From positions 352,001 through 416,000 of the forward strand of contig CBDFJQ010000002.1 of the NCBI GenBank assembly GCA_965248575.1: DNA of 64,000 bases, given 5' to 3'. Every line of letters starts with the position of its first letter. Position 1 is the first letter of the stretch. Shown in pieces: positions 48,501 through 57,376 of this stretch. The notes beneath the pieces are model-generated. The model saw nothing but the letters and a program-made list of their open reading frames with translations. It did not search any database and was not told where the DNA came from. Source of the DNA: Planctomycetota bacterium. Its GTDB lineage: Bacteria; Planctomycetota; B15-G4. The position numbers were made by a program, and so were the translations under genes.

Positions 48501-49378
48501 AAGATCTGCAGCTCGACGCTTTCACTGCCGCCGATGCGCGTGATGACGTCTCGCTCCTTGGAGGCGCGGCGCACCTCGGCGATGTTGGAGAGGCGCACCA
48601 CGGAGTCACCATCCCGGAACAGGATGGTGCGCCCGATCTCTTCGGGGCTGCGGTACTCGTTCAGGATGCGTACGAGATACTCGGTCTCGCCTTCCAGGAC
48701 GGTACCGCTCGCCATGTTGACGTTTTCGGCGGCCAGTCGCGCGGACACATCGCTGGGGCGCAGGTTGTAGTTGGACAGGCGGTCGGGGCGCAGGCGCACC
48801 TGGATCTCGTCCTCGAGACCGCCACGCACGCGAACGGCAGCGACGCCTTCGACAGTCGAGACGGCCAGCGCGAGGCGGTCTTCTGCAAGTCGTCGCAACT
48901 CGACCAGGTCACTGCCGCCCGTGAGCCCCAGGACGAGGATCGGGTCCAGGGTCGGGTCGTAGCGCAGGATGATGGGCGTGCCCACGTCGAGCGGCAGATT
49001 GGCCCGGTCCAGTCGTTCGCGGATGTCCTGGATGGCGAAGGTGAGCTGGGTCCCCCAGGTGAACTCGAGCGTGACGTCCGCCAACCCTGCGCGGGAGATG
49101 CTCGAAATGCTCTCGAGGTTGCCAAGCACGCTCAGCGCTTCGTGCAGGCGCTCCGTGACCCGTTCCTCGACATCCTCGGGGGCGGCGCCCGGGTACTCCG
49201 CGCGCACCGTGACGCGCGGGTAGCTGATGTCCGGCAGCAGGTTGAGCGGCAGCTTCTGGAGCGAGACCCAGCCGAAAGTGACCAGGGTGACGAAGGCCAT
49301 GGTCACGGCCACGGGCCTCAAGGTGGTCAGGCGAAAGATGCCTCCTGCCTGGGACGTGCCGTCCGGGTCAGGCGTCAA
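45542..49378 (-). CDS. RND efflux permease (AcrB/AcrD/AcrF family) with two insertions
   Basis: RPVAVTM, LLPDISYP, SLNVMSLGGLALGIGMVVDNAIV, GIVVNNAIV, RLRPILMTT. TTG start overlaps the MFP stop. Confidence 0.93.
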   Translation of the reverse strand: MTPDPDGTSQAGGIFRLTTLRPVAVTMAFVTLVTFGWVSLQKLPLNLLPDISYPRVTVRAEYPGAAPEDVEERVTERLHEALSVLGNLESISSISRAGLADVTLEFTWGTQLTFAIQDIRERLDRANLPLDVGTPIILRYDPTLDPILVLGLTGGSDLVELRRLAEDRLALAVSTVEGVAAVRVRGGLEDEIQVRLRPDRLSNYNLRPSDVSARLAAENVNMASGTVLEGETEYLVRILNEYRSPEEIGRTILFRDGDSVVRLSNIAEVRRASKERDVITRIGGSESVELQIFKEADANIVELAQRVRTNVFGTAAQRDWIGQLRDGRIEDPEEQQRTLDAEADADPAFAASIERVRKQRRAEMLERMGGMSGGGSPGNSSQPEAPTDDEPAETDSGASTDEGVESTAQEIEDAKSAALAQATLDEDTKQRLTAIEEGLIAKNSAYRYLAAELPSDVRVHLLSDQSRFIEAALTEVRESGLFGAALAVIVLFLFLGKIGTTLIIAVAIPVSVIVTFAPLHLSNTSLNVMSLGGLALGIGMVVDNAIVILESIARRRELGDNRVEAAVNGTREVAGAATASTLTTVAVFAPIVFVEGIAGQVFRDQAFTVVASLMVSLVVALFLVPMLASRGTSTEGKGFSILSTLGGGWQLMTRPPAYLSTASNALQGFRVRWARRSTFKRLLSIVLFVEPLIGLVQFGGLLLHIAFDLVGRFLVAGFTVVAGVLAVAIALVLLAFLVVMWIPSTVFRFVYGLMEKAYPKFIGGVVRSTPLMGLVLLASLGLMWWMVETAGSLGSEMLPEVHQGEIIGRLSLPVGAPLEATDAVARFAEQALREDERVAWVSSTVGVPRDEISQPDEGEHTARLAIGLHPTEEMEATEEAVMATLRETLSQIPELRDMRFERPTLFSIRSPIVIEIKGDDLKELARVAGQVESSLRGIPGLRDVRSSVQPGSPEIMLSFDRDLLSRYDLDTRMLADTVSDMVKGRVATRFSDKEHKLDVLVQVPKQELTSLDDLLGLPVNPTSDASEPLSSLSTSRVREGPREIRRLWGQRAAIVSASLAGFDVGSAGQEIERRIAQIEQESSVIIDQGGQSREMAGALGQMTQALLLAVFLVYVVMASIFESLLQPLIILVTVPLAMVGAVGALAIMDIPLSVVVFIGAIILAGIVVNNAIVLIDAINRRRRLDGLPLIEAVQQACYMRLRPILMTTMTTVLGLLPLTGLLPITAGEGAELRAPMAITVVAGLSCATLLTLVVIPCTYTLIEGLIERIRGEPGATNA

Positions 49379-50817
49379 TACGGCTGCTCCTGCACGCGCA
49401 CCCGGGCGGCGTCCTTGAGGTTCTCATGCCCGACGACCACAACCTGCAGGTTGGTGGGCACCGGCATGCCGTCTGTGTCGGACAGGATCTCGATCTGGGT
49501 CGAGGTGGCGGCGCCGGCCACGAAGGTGATCTTGCGCACGCTGTCGCCGCTCTCGTCGAGGGCGAAGAACAACGGCTGATCGTCGTCGTAACGCACGGCG
49601 CGCTTGTCGATGAGCAGCGCCTCGTCACGGGAGGACGTGATGATCCGTGCCTCGCAGAAGAGCCCCGGGACGAGGCCCGCAGCTGGCGTGAGGTCCACCA
49701 GCACGTTCACCGAACCCGTCGCCACGTCCAGCACGGGGTTCACCCGGCGGACAACGCCTTCGTAGGATTGGGGTTTGCCGGTCACGGAATGGACCTCGAC
49801 CCGCTGGCCTTGCTCCAGCCTGTCCATGGCGTCTTGTGGGACGCGCAATTCCAGTGTGGGGCGGCTGATGTCCACGATGCGGAACGACATCTCCGACTGG
49901 CCGGAGAGTTCGCCTACTTCCACGTTGCGCTCTGCCACGACGCCGCTGATGGCTGCGATCACCTTGGTCTGCCGCAGGTCTTCCTGCGCCCGCTTCCAGT
50001 CGATCTGCGCCTGGCTCTTGGCGATCTGTGCCAACTCGCTCGCGATGGCGGCCGCAGCCCGGGCGAAGCGCGCCAGCGCGAGATCGTCCTCGGCTTGCTC
50101 GGACTCCAGTCGCGCGTCGGCGACCTCTTGCTGGCTCACGAGGCCCTCGCCGGCCACGCCCTGAAGGCGTCCGAGGTCGGCCAGTTGCTTCTGCTGCGCA
50201 CGCTGGGCACGCACGATGCGCGCATCTTCCTCCTCGAGCATCAGTGCCTGGCGTTCGAGTTCCTTGGTCTTCTCGTCGTAGACGGTTGAGGCGCGTTGTT
50301 CGGCGAGTTGGAGCTCCACGTCGTAGAGCGACATGAGCACATCGCCGGCGGCCACCATCTCACCCTCGTCGACATTGACGGCCGTGATGGGCAGGCCGCT
50401 CAGTTTTGGAAAGACCTGCACGATGACGTCGGCATCGACCCGTGAAGAGACCACCACCTCGTCACGAATGGGGCCCACGTCCAGGGCCTGGACCACGACG
50501 AGGGTTTCACGGATGGAGTCCCGACCGCCGCTGACGCCCGAGGCAGGGGGACGGCCGTCGTCCTGGGTGACGGCCTTCTCGTTCGTAGATTCCTTCGCTG
50601 AGTCCGTGCCTTCCGCAGCATCATCTGCTGGCTCGCTCTCCCCCGAGACCGAGGCAGCTGCCGTGTCACCTGCCGTGTCACCTGGCGTGTCACCTGGCGT
50701 GTCACCTGGCGCGTCACCTGACGCGGCCCCTCTGTTGCAGGCGCCGAGGAAGGCTGTCGCGACGGCGAGAAGAAGGGTCGGAAGGACGAAGGGGACTGCT
50801 TGCAGGCGGAGACGCAT
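49375..50817 (-). CDS. RND membrane fusion protein (lipoprotein)
   Basis: Lipobox FLGAC, VDEGEMVAAGDVL, alpha-hairpin, AAISGVV..VEVGE, LVPGLF. Confidence 0.88.
   Translation of the reverse strand: MRLRLQAVPFVLPTLLLAVATAFLGACNRGAASGDAPGDTPGDTPGDTAGDTAAASVSGESEPADDAAEGTDSAKESTNEKAVTQDDGRPPASGVSGGRDSIRETLVVVQALDVGPIRDEVVVSSRVDADVIVQVFPKLSGLPITAVNVDEGEMVAAGDVLMSLYDVELQLAEQRASTVYDEKTKELERQALMLEEEDARIVRAQRAQQKQLADLGRLQGVAGEGLVSQQEVADARLESEQAEDDLALARFARAAAAIASELAQIAKSQAQIDWKRAQEDLRQTKVIAAISGVVAERNVEVGELSGQSEMSFRIVDISRPTLELRVPQDAMDRLEQGQRVEVHSVTGKPQSYEGVVRRVNPVLDVATGSVNVLVDLTPAAGLVPGLFCEARIITSSRDEALLIDKRAVRYDDDQPLFFALDESGDSVRKITFVAGAATSTQIEILSDTDGMPVPTNLQVVVVGHENLKDAARVRVQEQPY
50658..50725. repeat. 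12-bp coding tandem repeat, five copies plus a partial copy
   Basis: CTG(C/G)CG(T/C)GTCAC units encoding GD(A/T)(P/A) in the MFP linker. Confidence 0.9.
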
Positions 50818-50910
50818 GGAGTGCGACGAGCCCCTTGAGATGGTGTGGACGAAAAGCTGGCGCAGCATAGAGCAGCAGTGATTCGGCGCCGGAGCGCCGT
50901 ATGGTACGTC

Positions 50911-52275
50911 ATGGGAATGCCACGGCCGATGCCCCCAAAACCCGATCCAGACACCAACCCGAGTTCGGAGGAGAAGCCCGCGCACGAGGCTCCCCCGGTT
51001 TCCGGGCACGGCCAGAGCCGTGACCTGAGCGCTTGCGACACTCCCACCAAGCCGTGGATCGACATCCGGGCGGCACGCCAGCTGGTCCTGGACCACGCGC
51101 AGCCCCTGATGCGCACCGAGCAGCTCGCCGTCGTGGACGCCACGGGGCGTCTGCTGGCGGAGGACGTGCTGTCGGACTCGGACATGCCGCCCTTCGATCG
51201 CGTCATGATGGATGGCTACGCCGTACGCGCCGAGGACATCCAGACCGCTCCCGTGGAGCTGCCCGTGGTGGGGGAAGTGGCCGCTGGCGACTCCGGGAGC
51301 GAGCCGCTGGAGCCTGGCACGGTGCGAGCCATCATGACGGGGGCACCGCTGCCGCCGGGCGCCGACTCAGTGGTTCCCGTGGAGTGGACGCAGGCCGTGG
51401 GTGGGGGAGCGGGGAAGAATCCGGAGCGGGTGCGCATCGAGCGCAGCCTGATAGCCGGCAAGCATGTGGCTCAACGTGCCCAAGATCTCGGGGCTGGAGA
51501 CGCCGTTGCCCACGCGGGCACGCGCGTGGGGCCGCTGGGGCTCTCGTTGCTCGTTTCTTCCGGCGTGTCGGAAGTCGCAGTGCGTGCCAGGCCTCGCGTG
51601 GCCTTGCTCACGTCGGGTGACGAGCTCGTTCCGCCGGGCAGCCCCATCGCACGGGGACAGATTCGTGAGAGCAATGGTCCGGCGCTTGCCAGCATGTTCG
51701 CCCGTTGCGATGCGGAGGTGGTGCCCTTGGGGGTGGCTCGGGACACCCGCGAGGATCTCGCGGCGCTGGTTCAGCGTGCCCTGGACTGCGATGTGGTCGT
51801 GCTCACAGGCGGTTCGTCCGTGGGGCGCTACGACTTCTCGGCGGAGGTCGTGGAGTCCTTCGGTGCTCGCGGTCACTTCAACCGACTGTCGGTGAAGCCC
51901 GGCAAGCCCACGCTGTTCTACACCCTCGGCCGCACGCTTTTGTTCTGCCTACCAGGCAATCCTGTGGCCGCCATGATGACCGGACGCGTTCTCGTCTGCC
52001 CCGCGCTGCAGGCCCTGGCCGGACACGCCGTGCAGCCATGGACGCCGGTCTCCCGCCCCCTCGCCCGTTCCGTGCGTCGGAACGCGGCACGCGACCTGTT
52101 GATTCCCGTGCATGAGGAGGGCGGCGCTGTGGTCTTCGACGGCTGGCACGGGTCGGGGGATCTGGTGAGCATGCAACGTGCCGACGCCTTCGCCTACGTG
52201 CCGAGCGGGGAGGGCGAGGCCGCCGCCGGCAGTGACGTCGACGTCTTCCCCCTGACCCGGGATGTCTCGTGGTGA
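50911..52275 (+). CDS. moeA: Molybdopterin molybdenumtransferase MoeA
   Basis: PPFDR..MDGYAVR, IMTGAPLP.GAD, SGDELV, ESNG, KPGKP, LPGNP. Start uncertain. Confidence 0.95.
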   Translation: MGMPRPMPPKPDPDTNPSSEEKPAHEAPPVSGHGQSRDLSACDTPTKPWIDIRAARQLVLDHAQPLMRTEQLAVVDATGRLLAEDVLSDSDMPPFDRVMMDGYAVRAEDIQTAPVELPVVGEVAAGDSGSEPLEPGTVRAIMTGAPLPPGADSVVPVEWTQAVGGGAGKNPERVRIERSLIAGKHVAQRAQDLGAGDAVAHAGTRVGPLGLSLLVSSGVSEVAVRARPRVALLTSGDELVPPGSPIARGQIRESNGPALASMFARCDAEVVPLGVARDTREDLAALVQRALDCDVVVLTGGSSVGRYDFSAEVVESFGARGHFNRLSVKPGKPTLFYTLGRTLLFCLPGNPVAAMMTGRVLVCPALQALAGHAVQPWTPVSRPLARSVRRNAARDLLIPVHEEGGAVVFDGWHGSGDLVSMQRADAFAYVPSGEGEAAAGSDVDVFPLTRDVSW

Positions 52276-53972
52276 ACGCTCAGGACGCCGACAGGCGCTC
52301 CCTGGCTTGGGGCTTGGCGGGTGTCGCCCTGCTGGCCCTGTCCTTTCCCCCGGTCGGGCTCTGGGTCTGCGCCCTCCTGGCTCCCTGGCCCTTGGGGGTG
52401 TGCGCCGCTGGGTCCAGCTCAGGGCGTGCGGCTTTTGGGCGCTTTTGCTTTCTCGGTGCGTGTCTCCTGCTCAGCACGTCCTGGTGGCTGGCAGAAACCC
52501 ACGTGTTCAATCTGGCCGTCGTGACCCTGGTGGAAGCCCCGATCGTGGGGCTCTTCGGCTGGCTGGGCTGGCATGTGTTCCGGCGCGGTTCCCTGTTCCC
52601 CGCCCTGCCGGCCCTGTGGACGGCGCACGAGATGTTTCGCCTCAGCTGGCCAGAGACGGGCTATGGCTGGGGCTTCGTGGGGCATGCCTTGGCGGCCAGC
52701 CCGGTCTTGGTGCAGGTGGCGGACCTGGGTGGCGTTTTGCTCGTCTCCTTCGTGGGCGCGAGTGCGGCGACCGCCGTCTGGGCCCATCTGGCGGGTCGCC
52801 CTGGCCGTGGGCCGGCTCTGGTCGTGGTGCTGCTCGCCATCCTCTATGGGTTCATCCGGCCGGCGAGCCTGCCCGAGGAACAGCCGGGTCCGCTGTTGGC
52901 CAGCATCCAGCCCAACTTCGCGCAGGAGCTCAAGGACGATGGCGCCGCTGCGCCCCTGCGCTGGCAACGCTGCTTTGCACTGGTTGCGGAACTGGGCCGC
53001 ACGACCCCGGATGCGGACTTGGTGATCTTTCCGGAGACCATGTGGCCATGGGGCGTGCTCCTGGATGGGCGACCATTGCTCGCCCGGCACCGAGGTGAGG
53101 GCGCTGACCGGTCTGCCGAAGCTGGCTATGGTTCGGCTGAGGAACTCGAGGCGCAGCTCGCTCGCGATCAGGAGGGCCTCGTCGCTGGGCCCTTGGGCAT
53201 GATGATGGGGCAGTTCCCCAACGGGCGACCGCATTGGCTCCTGGGAGCCCCGGCTTACGGGCTGCTCGCACCCTTGTCCAACGGGGAACAGGAGCCGGAC
53301 CCTAGCCTGGAACCGCTCATGCTCAACTCGGCCATGCTCTACGGGCCCGAGGGGCAGCCGCTGGGGCGCTACGACAAGCACATCCTGATCCCGGGGGGCG
53401 AGTACATCCCCTTCCGTGGTGTGTTCCCGGAGGTGGTGAGGTCCTGGTTGGACCGAATGGTCAGGGATCTCGCGGGCTTCGTTCCGGATGTCGTGCCTGG
53501 GCCGGGACCGCAGCTGCTAGAGATTCCCGATCCGGAGGGCGACTCCTCGCTGCCCATCGGTGTCACCATTTGCTTCGAGAACGCCTATGGGGGCTACAAC
53601 CGGGAGCTGGTGGCCCTTGGGGCCCGCTTCCTGGTGAATCTGTCCAACGAGGGTTGGTTTGGAACGTCGGCTGAGTTCGACCACATGGAGCTCCACTCGG
53701 TGCTGCGGGCCGTGGAAACCCGTCGCGCCCTGTTCCGCTCCACGAACACCGGCATTTCCTGTCTGGTCAGGCCCGATGGTCGGCGCCCGAGCGGAGCAGA
53801 CCGGCTGGCTGTGGGGGGCGAGGACCGTGGCATTGCAGGCACTTTCGCGGCCCGGGTTCCCATCCAGACTGCCGGCACCCTCTATGTCGTGTGGGGAGAT
53901 GCCGTGGGTTGGGCCTGCCTGGTGGGCTCCCTCGCGCTTTTCTTGCGTCGGAGAGCCCCTCGCGTTGCTTGA
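52269..53972 (+). CDS. lnt: Apolipoprotein N-acyltransferase
   Basis: Multiple TMs, QPN, IFPE, YDKH.L.PGGEYIP, ICFE, NLSNEGWF, RAVE, NTGIS. Confidence 0.92.
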   Translation: MVNAQDADRRSLAWGLAGVALLALSFPPVGLWVCALLAPWPLGVCAAGSSSGRAAFGRFCFLGACLLLSTSWWLAETHVFNLAVVTLVEAPIVGLFGWLGWHVFRRGSLFPALPALWTAHEMFRLSWPETGYGWGFVGHALAASPVLVQVADLGGVLLVSFVGASAATAVWAHLAGRPGRGPALVVVLLAILYGFIRPASLPEEQPGPLLASIQPNFAQELKDDGAAAPLRWQRCFALVAELGRTTPDADLVIFPETMWPWGVLLDGRPLLARHRGEGADRSAEAGYGSAEELEAQLARDQEGLVAGPLGMMMGQFPNGRPHWLLGAPAYGLLAPLSNGEQEPDPSLEPLMLNSAMLYGPEGQPLGRYDKHILIPGGEYIPFRGVFPEVVRSWLDRMVRDLAGFVPDVVPGPGPQLLEIPDPEGDSSLPIGVTICFENAYGGYNRELVALGARFLVNLSNEGWFGTSAEFDHMELHSVLRAVETRRALFRSTNTGISCLVRPDGRRPSGADRLAVGGEDRGIAGTFAARVPIQTAGTLYVVWGDAVGWACLVGSLALFLRRRAPRVA

Positions 53973-54090
53973 CACTCGCATGGGGCCCACTTACGCTCCG
54001 CACACTGTTTCCCGTGAGGGCCACGGGCGGTCTGTAACCCCGAATTGCCCACCCTCCGTACCCAACGTTTCCCGGGATCCCTGAGGTCGC

Positions 54091-54933
54091 ATGAGCAGCA
54101 TTGGCAAGATTTTCGTCGTCGTGAACCTCGTCCTTTCCCTCCTGCTCCTCGGCTCGCTGGGCGCTCTGTTGAACGCCTCTCGCGAAACGAAGGACGACGT
54201 CACGGCCTTGGAGCAGCAGATCTCCACCATGGAGGATGCGAGCAACCAGGCTGAGAGCGACTTCAATACGCGCGTCCGCACTCTCGACAACGAGAAGAGC
54301 CAGCTCGCTGGCAAGGCCTCGGATCTCGAAGTGGAGCGGGACAACGCCCAGCGGAACGCCGAGAGCGAGTCCGAAGACAACCAGCAGCTGCGGGACGATG
54401 TCTCCAAGCTGACGGTCAGCCTTGAGCTGCTGCAGTCCGACTTGTCGGCCGCTCAGCAGCGGAATGGGGACCTCCAGGACACCAACGATTCCCTGCGCAC
54501 GGCCGCTCAGGACGCCCAGAACGATGCGCGTGAGGCCGAGTTGGCCCGTCGCGACCTGGCCGACCAGATTTCTGGCTTCCAGTCGCAGATCGCTGGCCTG
54601 AACTCGGATCTGACCGACACGATGGACCGTGCCCGCCAGTCGGAGATGCTGGTGGATGCCGCCAAATCGGCCGGCTTTGATGCGACGAGCATCATGGCCA
54701 TGCCTGCCATCGATGCCCTGATCGCTCAGGTGGACCTCGAGTACGGCTTCGTGATCCTGGACAAGGGCAGCGCGGACAACGTTGAGCGAGGCTTCAGCTT
54801 CGACGTCTTCCGGGGGGCCGACTACCTGGGTCAAGTGCGCGTGGACACCGTGAACGACAACTTCTCCACGGCACGCATCACCCTCAGCAACGGCACCATT
54901 CGGGCCCACGATCGCGCGACCACGCGCCTCTAG
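54091..54933 (+). CDS. Membrane-anchored coiled-coil protein with small C-terminal beta domain
   Basis: N-terminal TM, about 170 aa of coiled coil, then FVILDKGSADNVERG..FDVFR. Confidence 0.75.
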   Translation: MSSIGKIFVVVNLVLSLLLLGSLGALLNASRETKDDVTALEQQISTMEDASNQAESDFNTRVRTLDNEKSQLAGKASDLEVERDNAQRNAESESEDNQQLRDDVSKLTVSLELLQSDLSAAQQRNGDLQDTNDSLRTAAQDAQNDAREAELARRDLADQISGFQSQIAGLNSDLTDTMDRARQSEMLVDAAKSAGFDATSIMAMPAIDALIAQVDLEYGFVILDKGSADNVERGFSFDVFRGADYLGQVRVDTVNDNFSTARITLSNGTIRAHDRATTRL

Positions 54934-54976
54934 GTCCTAACCGGGTCACACCCTACGAAGAGAGTGGAGAGCATTC

Positions 54977-55207
54977 GTGGCTAAAGCACGGAAGAACCCG
55001 ACGCGCGGTGGTGGTAGCCGGAAGTCCCGCTCCAAGGACGGTGGCTTCGAGGTTGAAGAGCAGGACGGCCTGGACGACGAGGCAGCCGGCAACGGCGCTG
55101 GTCTGGAATCAGCCCTCGTGTTCGTGACCTTCCTGGCGTTGGTGATTGGGCTGGTCGTCTCCCAGATGGACCTGTCCTCCAGCTTCGGCAAGGGCCTGCT
55201 CGGCTAA
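54977..55207 (+). CDS. Small single-TM protein
   Basis: GGAG RBS and GTG start; basic then acidic N-terminus and a C-terminal TM. Codon usage is typical. Confidence 0.6.
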   Translation: MAKARKNPTRGGGSRKSRSKDGGFEVEEQDGLDDEAAGNGAGLESALVFVTFLALVIGLVVSQMDLSSSFGKGLLG

Positions 55208-55234
55208 AGCAGCGCTGGACCGCAGTCTGATCCC

Positions 55235-55322
55235 GTTCATGACCGACCCGGGTCCGTTCATGGCCCGGGTCTGTTCATGCCTGGGCTTCGTTCATGCCAG
55301 GGCTTCGTTCATGCCAGGGCTC
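55235..55322. repeat. Intergenic ~17-bp tandem repeat with GTTCATG core (five cores)
   Basis: GTTCATG starts at 55235, 55256, 55273, 55290 and 55307. Confidence 0.85.
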
Positions 55323-56215
55323 CGGCCCGTCGCGCAGGGGTGGTGAGCTGCGCTCGTCCGGTAACTGCGAGCGGGCCTGGATGCCGATTCTGCCTGCGCG
55401 TCATTGCGCGTTCCCGGCGAGGGCGTTCAGCGGGACGTGATCTGAGAGCTCTCGATCTGCGGCCGCAGGGTTTGGTGCCTATGAGGTCGAGCCATGGGTG
55501 TTCGAACCCTGGGGGTCCAGGCCCTGGGGATCGTCACTCTGGCTGCCTGGGTGGACCCGGCCAGCTGAGTCCTCGGGCCAATCCTTCGCTCAGCGGCTCC
55601 GCGCTCTGTCGGCTGGCGTCCGTGGGGCCGGATGCCCAGTCCCAGGCCGCGCTGCGCGGCTCACGTGCGCAGCGTTGTGGCGCGAAGCGACTGTTGCGCG
55701 CGCATCGAGTGAGTTTTTTTGGCGAGCTGGGCGCTCTGCAACTGGCGAGCTGCTCCATTCAACGGGGCCCGTCGTTTGTCGGCTCGACCTGCGCTGCAAG
55801 GCTGGGCGCAAGGCGCGCTGCAACGATGCACGTCGTGACACTCGCAGCGTCGCGCGACGAACGACAAGTGATTTGGTTTCGCGCTTTGTACAGCGCATTT
55901 GGCTTGCTCAAATAGTCATGTTCCTTCTGTGTTTGCGGGAGTGTGCGCGTGAGTGGTCGAAGCTCTCAAAACTTCGCGCCGTACGCATCTCTCGATCGCA
56001 AGCGCAAGTGCAAGGACTCCAGGCGGTGCACGCGGCTCAGTTCGGAAACGAGTTCGGCCGAGTGCTGGGGTCCATGCGCCGAGGGAGGGACTGATGAGAC
56101 GTCAAGAGGTGGTGTTCGTCTCCCTGCGGCTGGTCGTTGGTCGCTGGTGAGCGTTGACCATTGACTGCTAACCAATGACTCGCGTTTTTGCGCACAACTC
56201 CGAGGGGAGTCCTTC

Positions 56216-57271
56216 ATGAAGGCTTTCGAGTGGATGATCGGCAAGTTTTCCACCGACATGGGTATCGACCTGGGCACGGCCAACACCCTGGTTTGCATTC
56301 CCAATGAAGGCATCGTCCTGAACGAGCCGTCGGTGGTGGCGGTGCGCAAGGGAACCAACGAGGTGCTCCTGGGCGGCGACGCTGTGGGTCTGCAGGCCAA
56401 GGAGATGCTCGGCAAGACGCCCGGCAACATCCAGGCCATCCGCCCCTTGAAGAATGGCGTGATCGCCGACTTCGAGGTGACGGAGAAGATGCTGCGCTAC
56501 TTCATCCGCAAGGTGCACAACCGCAACGTGATGGTGCGGCCGCGAATCGTCATCGCCATCCCGTCCGGGATCACGGCGGTGGAGCGCCGGGCGGTGATCA
56601 ACTCGGCCGAGCGCGCGGGTGCCCGCAAGGTCTACCTGGTCTCGGAGCCTATGGCGGCCGGCATCGGCGCGGGCATGCCCGTGGCCGACCCCATGGCCAG
56701 CATGGTGGTGGACATCGGTGGTGGTACGACCGAGGTCGCCGTCATGTCGCTCTTCGGCACGGTGCACAGCGAGTCCATCCGTGTAGCGGGTGACGAGATG
56801 GACGAAGCCATCGTCAGCTACATGCGCCGCAACTACAATTTGCTGGTGGGTGATCAGACGGCGGAGCGCATCAAGATCAACATCGGTTCCGCCGCGCCGC
56901 TCGAAAAGGAACTCGAGATGGAAGTGGCTGGCCGGGATCTCATGATCGGTCTGCCGCGTCGGGCAGTCATCACGAGCACGGAAATCCGCGAGGCGTTGCT
57001 CGAGCCGGTCATGGCCATCATCCAGACCATTCGCAACGCTCTCGAGGGGACGCCGCCTGAGCTGGCTGCCGACCTCGTGCAACAGGGCATCATCCTGTGT
57101 GGTGGGGGCGCCCTGTTGCGGGACCTCGGCACCATCGTCGAGCAGGAAGTGCAACTGCCCGTGCGCGTGGCGTCGGATCCGCTGACCTGTGTCGCCCGCG
57201 GCACCGGCGAATTCCTGAACCAACTGGACCTCTACAGTCGCGTGCTGGACACCGGAGAGGACGCTGCCTGA
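56216..57271 (+). CDS. mreB: Rod shape-determining protein MreB
   Basis: IDLGTANT, NEPSVVA, IRPL..GVIADF, EPMAAGIG, VDIGGGTTEVA, GGGALL. Confidence 0.98.
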   Translation: MKAFEWMIGKFSTDMGIDLGTANTLVCIPNEGIVLNEPSVVAVRKGTNEVLLGGDAVGLQAKEMLGKTPGNIQAIRPLKNGVIADFEVTEKMLRYFIRKVHNRNVMVRPRIVIAIPSGITAVERRAVINSAERAGARKVYLVSEPMAAGIGAGMPVADPMASMVVDIGGGTTEVAVMSLFGTVHSESIRVAGDEMDEAIVSYMRRNYNLLVGDQTAERIKINIGSAAPLEKELEMEVAGRDLMIGLPRRAVITSTEIREALLEPVMAIIQTIRNALEGTPPELAADLVQQGIILCGGGALLRDLGTIVEQEVQLPVRVASDPLTCVARGTGEFLNQLDLYSRVLDTGEDAA

Positions 57272-57376
57272 CAGGAGCCGCTCAGCGAGAGCACCCACTG
57301 AACAGCGCACGAGCATCAGGGAGCTTGAGCGCGAACACTCCGGCGCAGGGGGCCGGTCCTGGTCCTACGCCATGAC

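Noticed and set aside
55235..55322. Possible mini-CRISPR array
   Set aside because: The units are contiguous ~17-bp repeats with no unique spacers, and there are no cas genes in the window.
55277..56094. ORFs 55277-55915 and 55498-56094 as real genes
   Set aside because: Arg/Cys/Ser-rich composition, atypical codon usage, and no RBS or domain signal.
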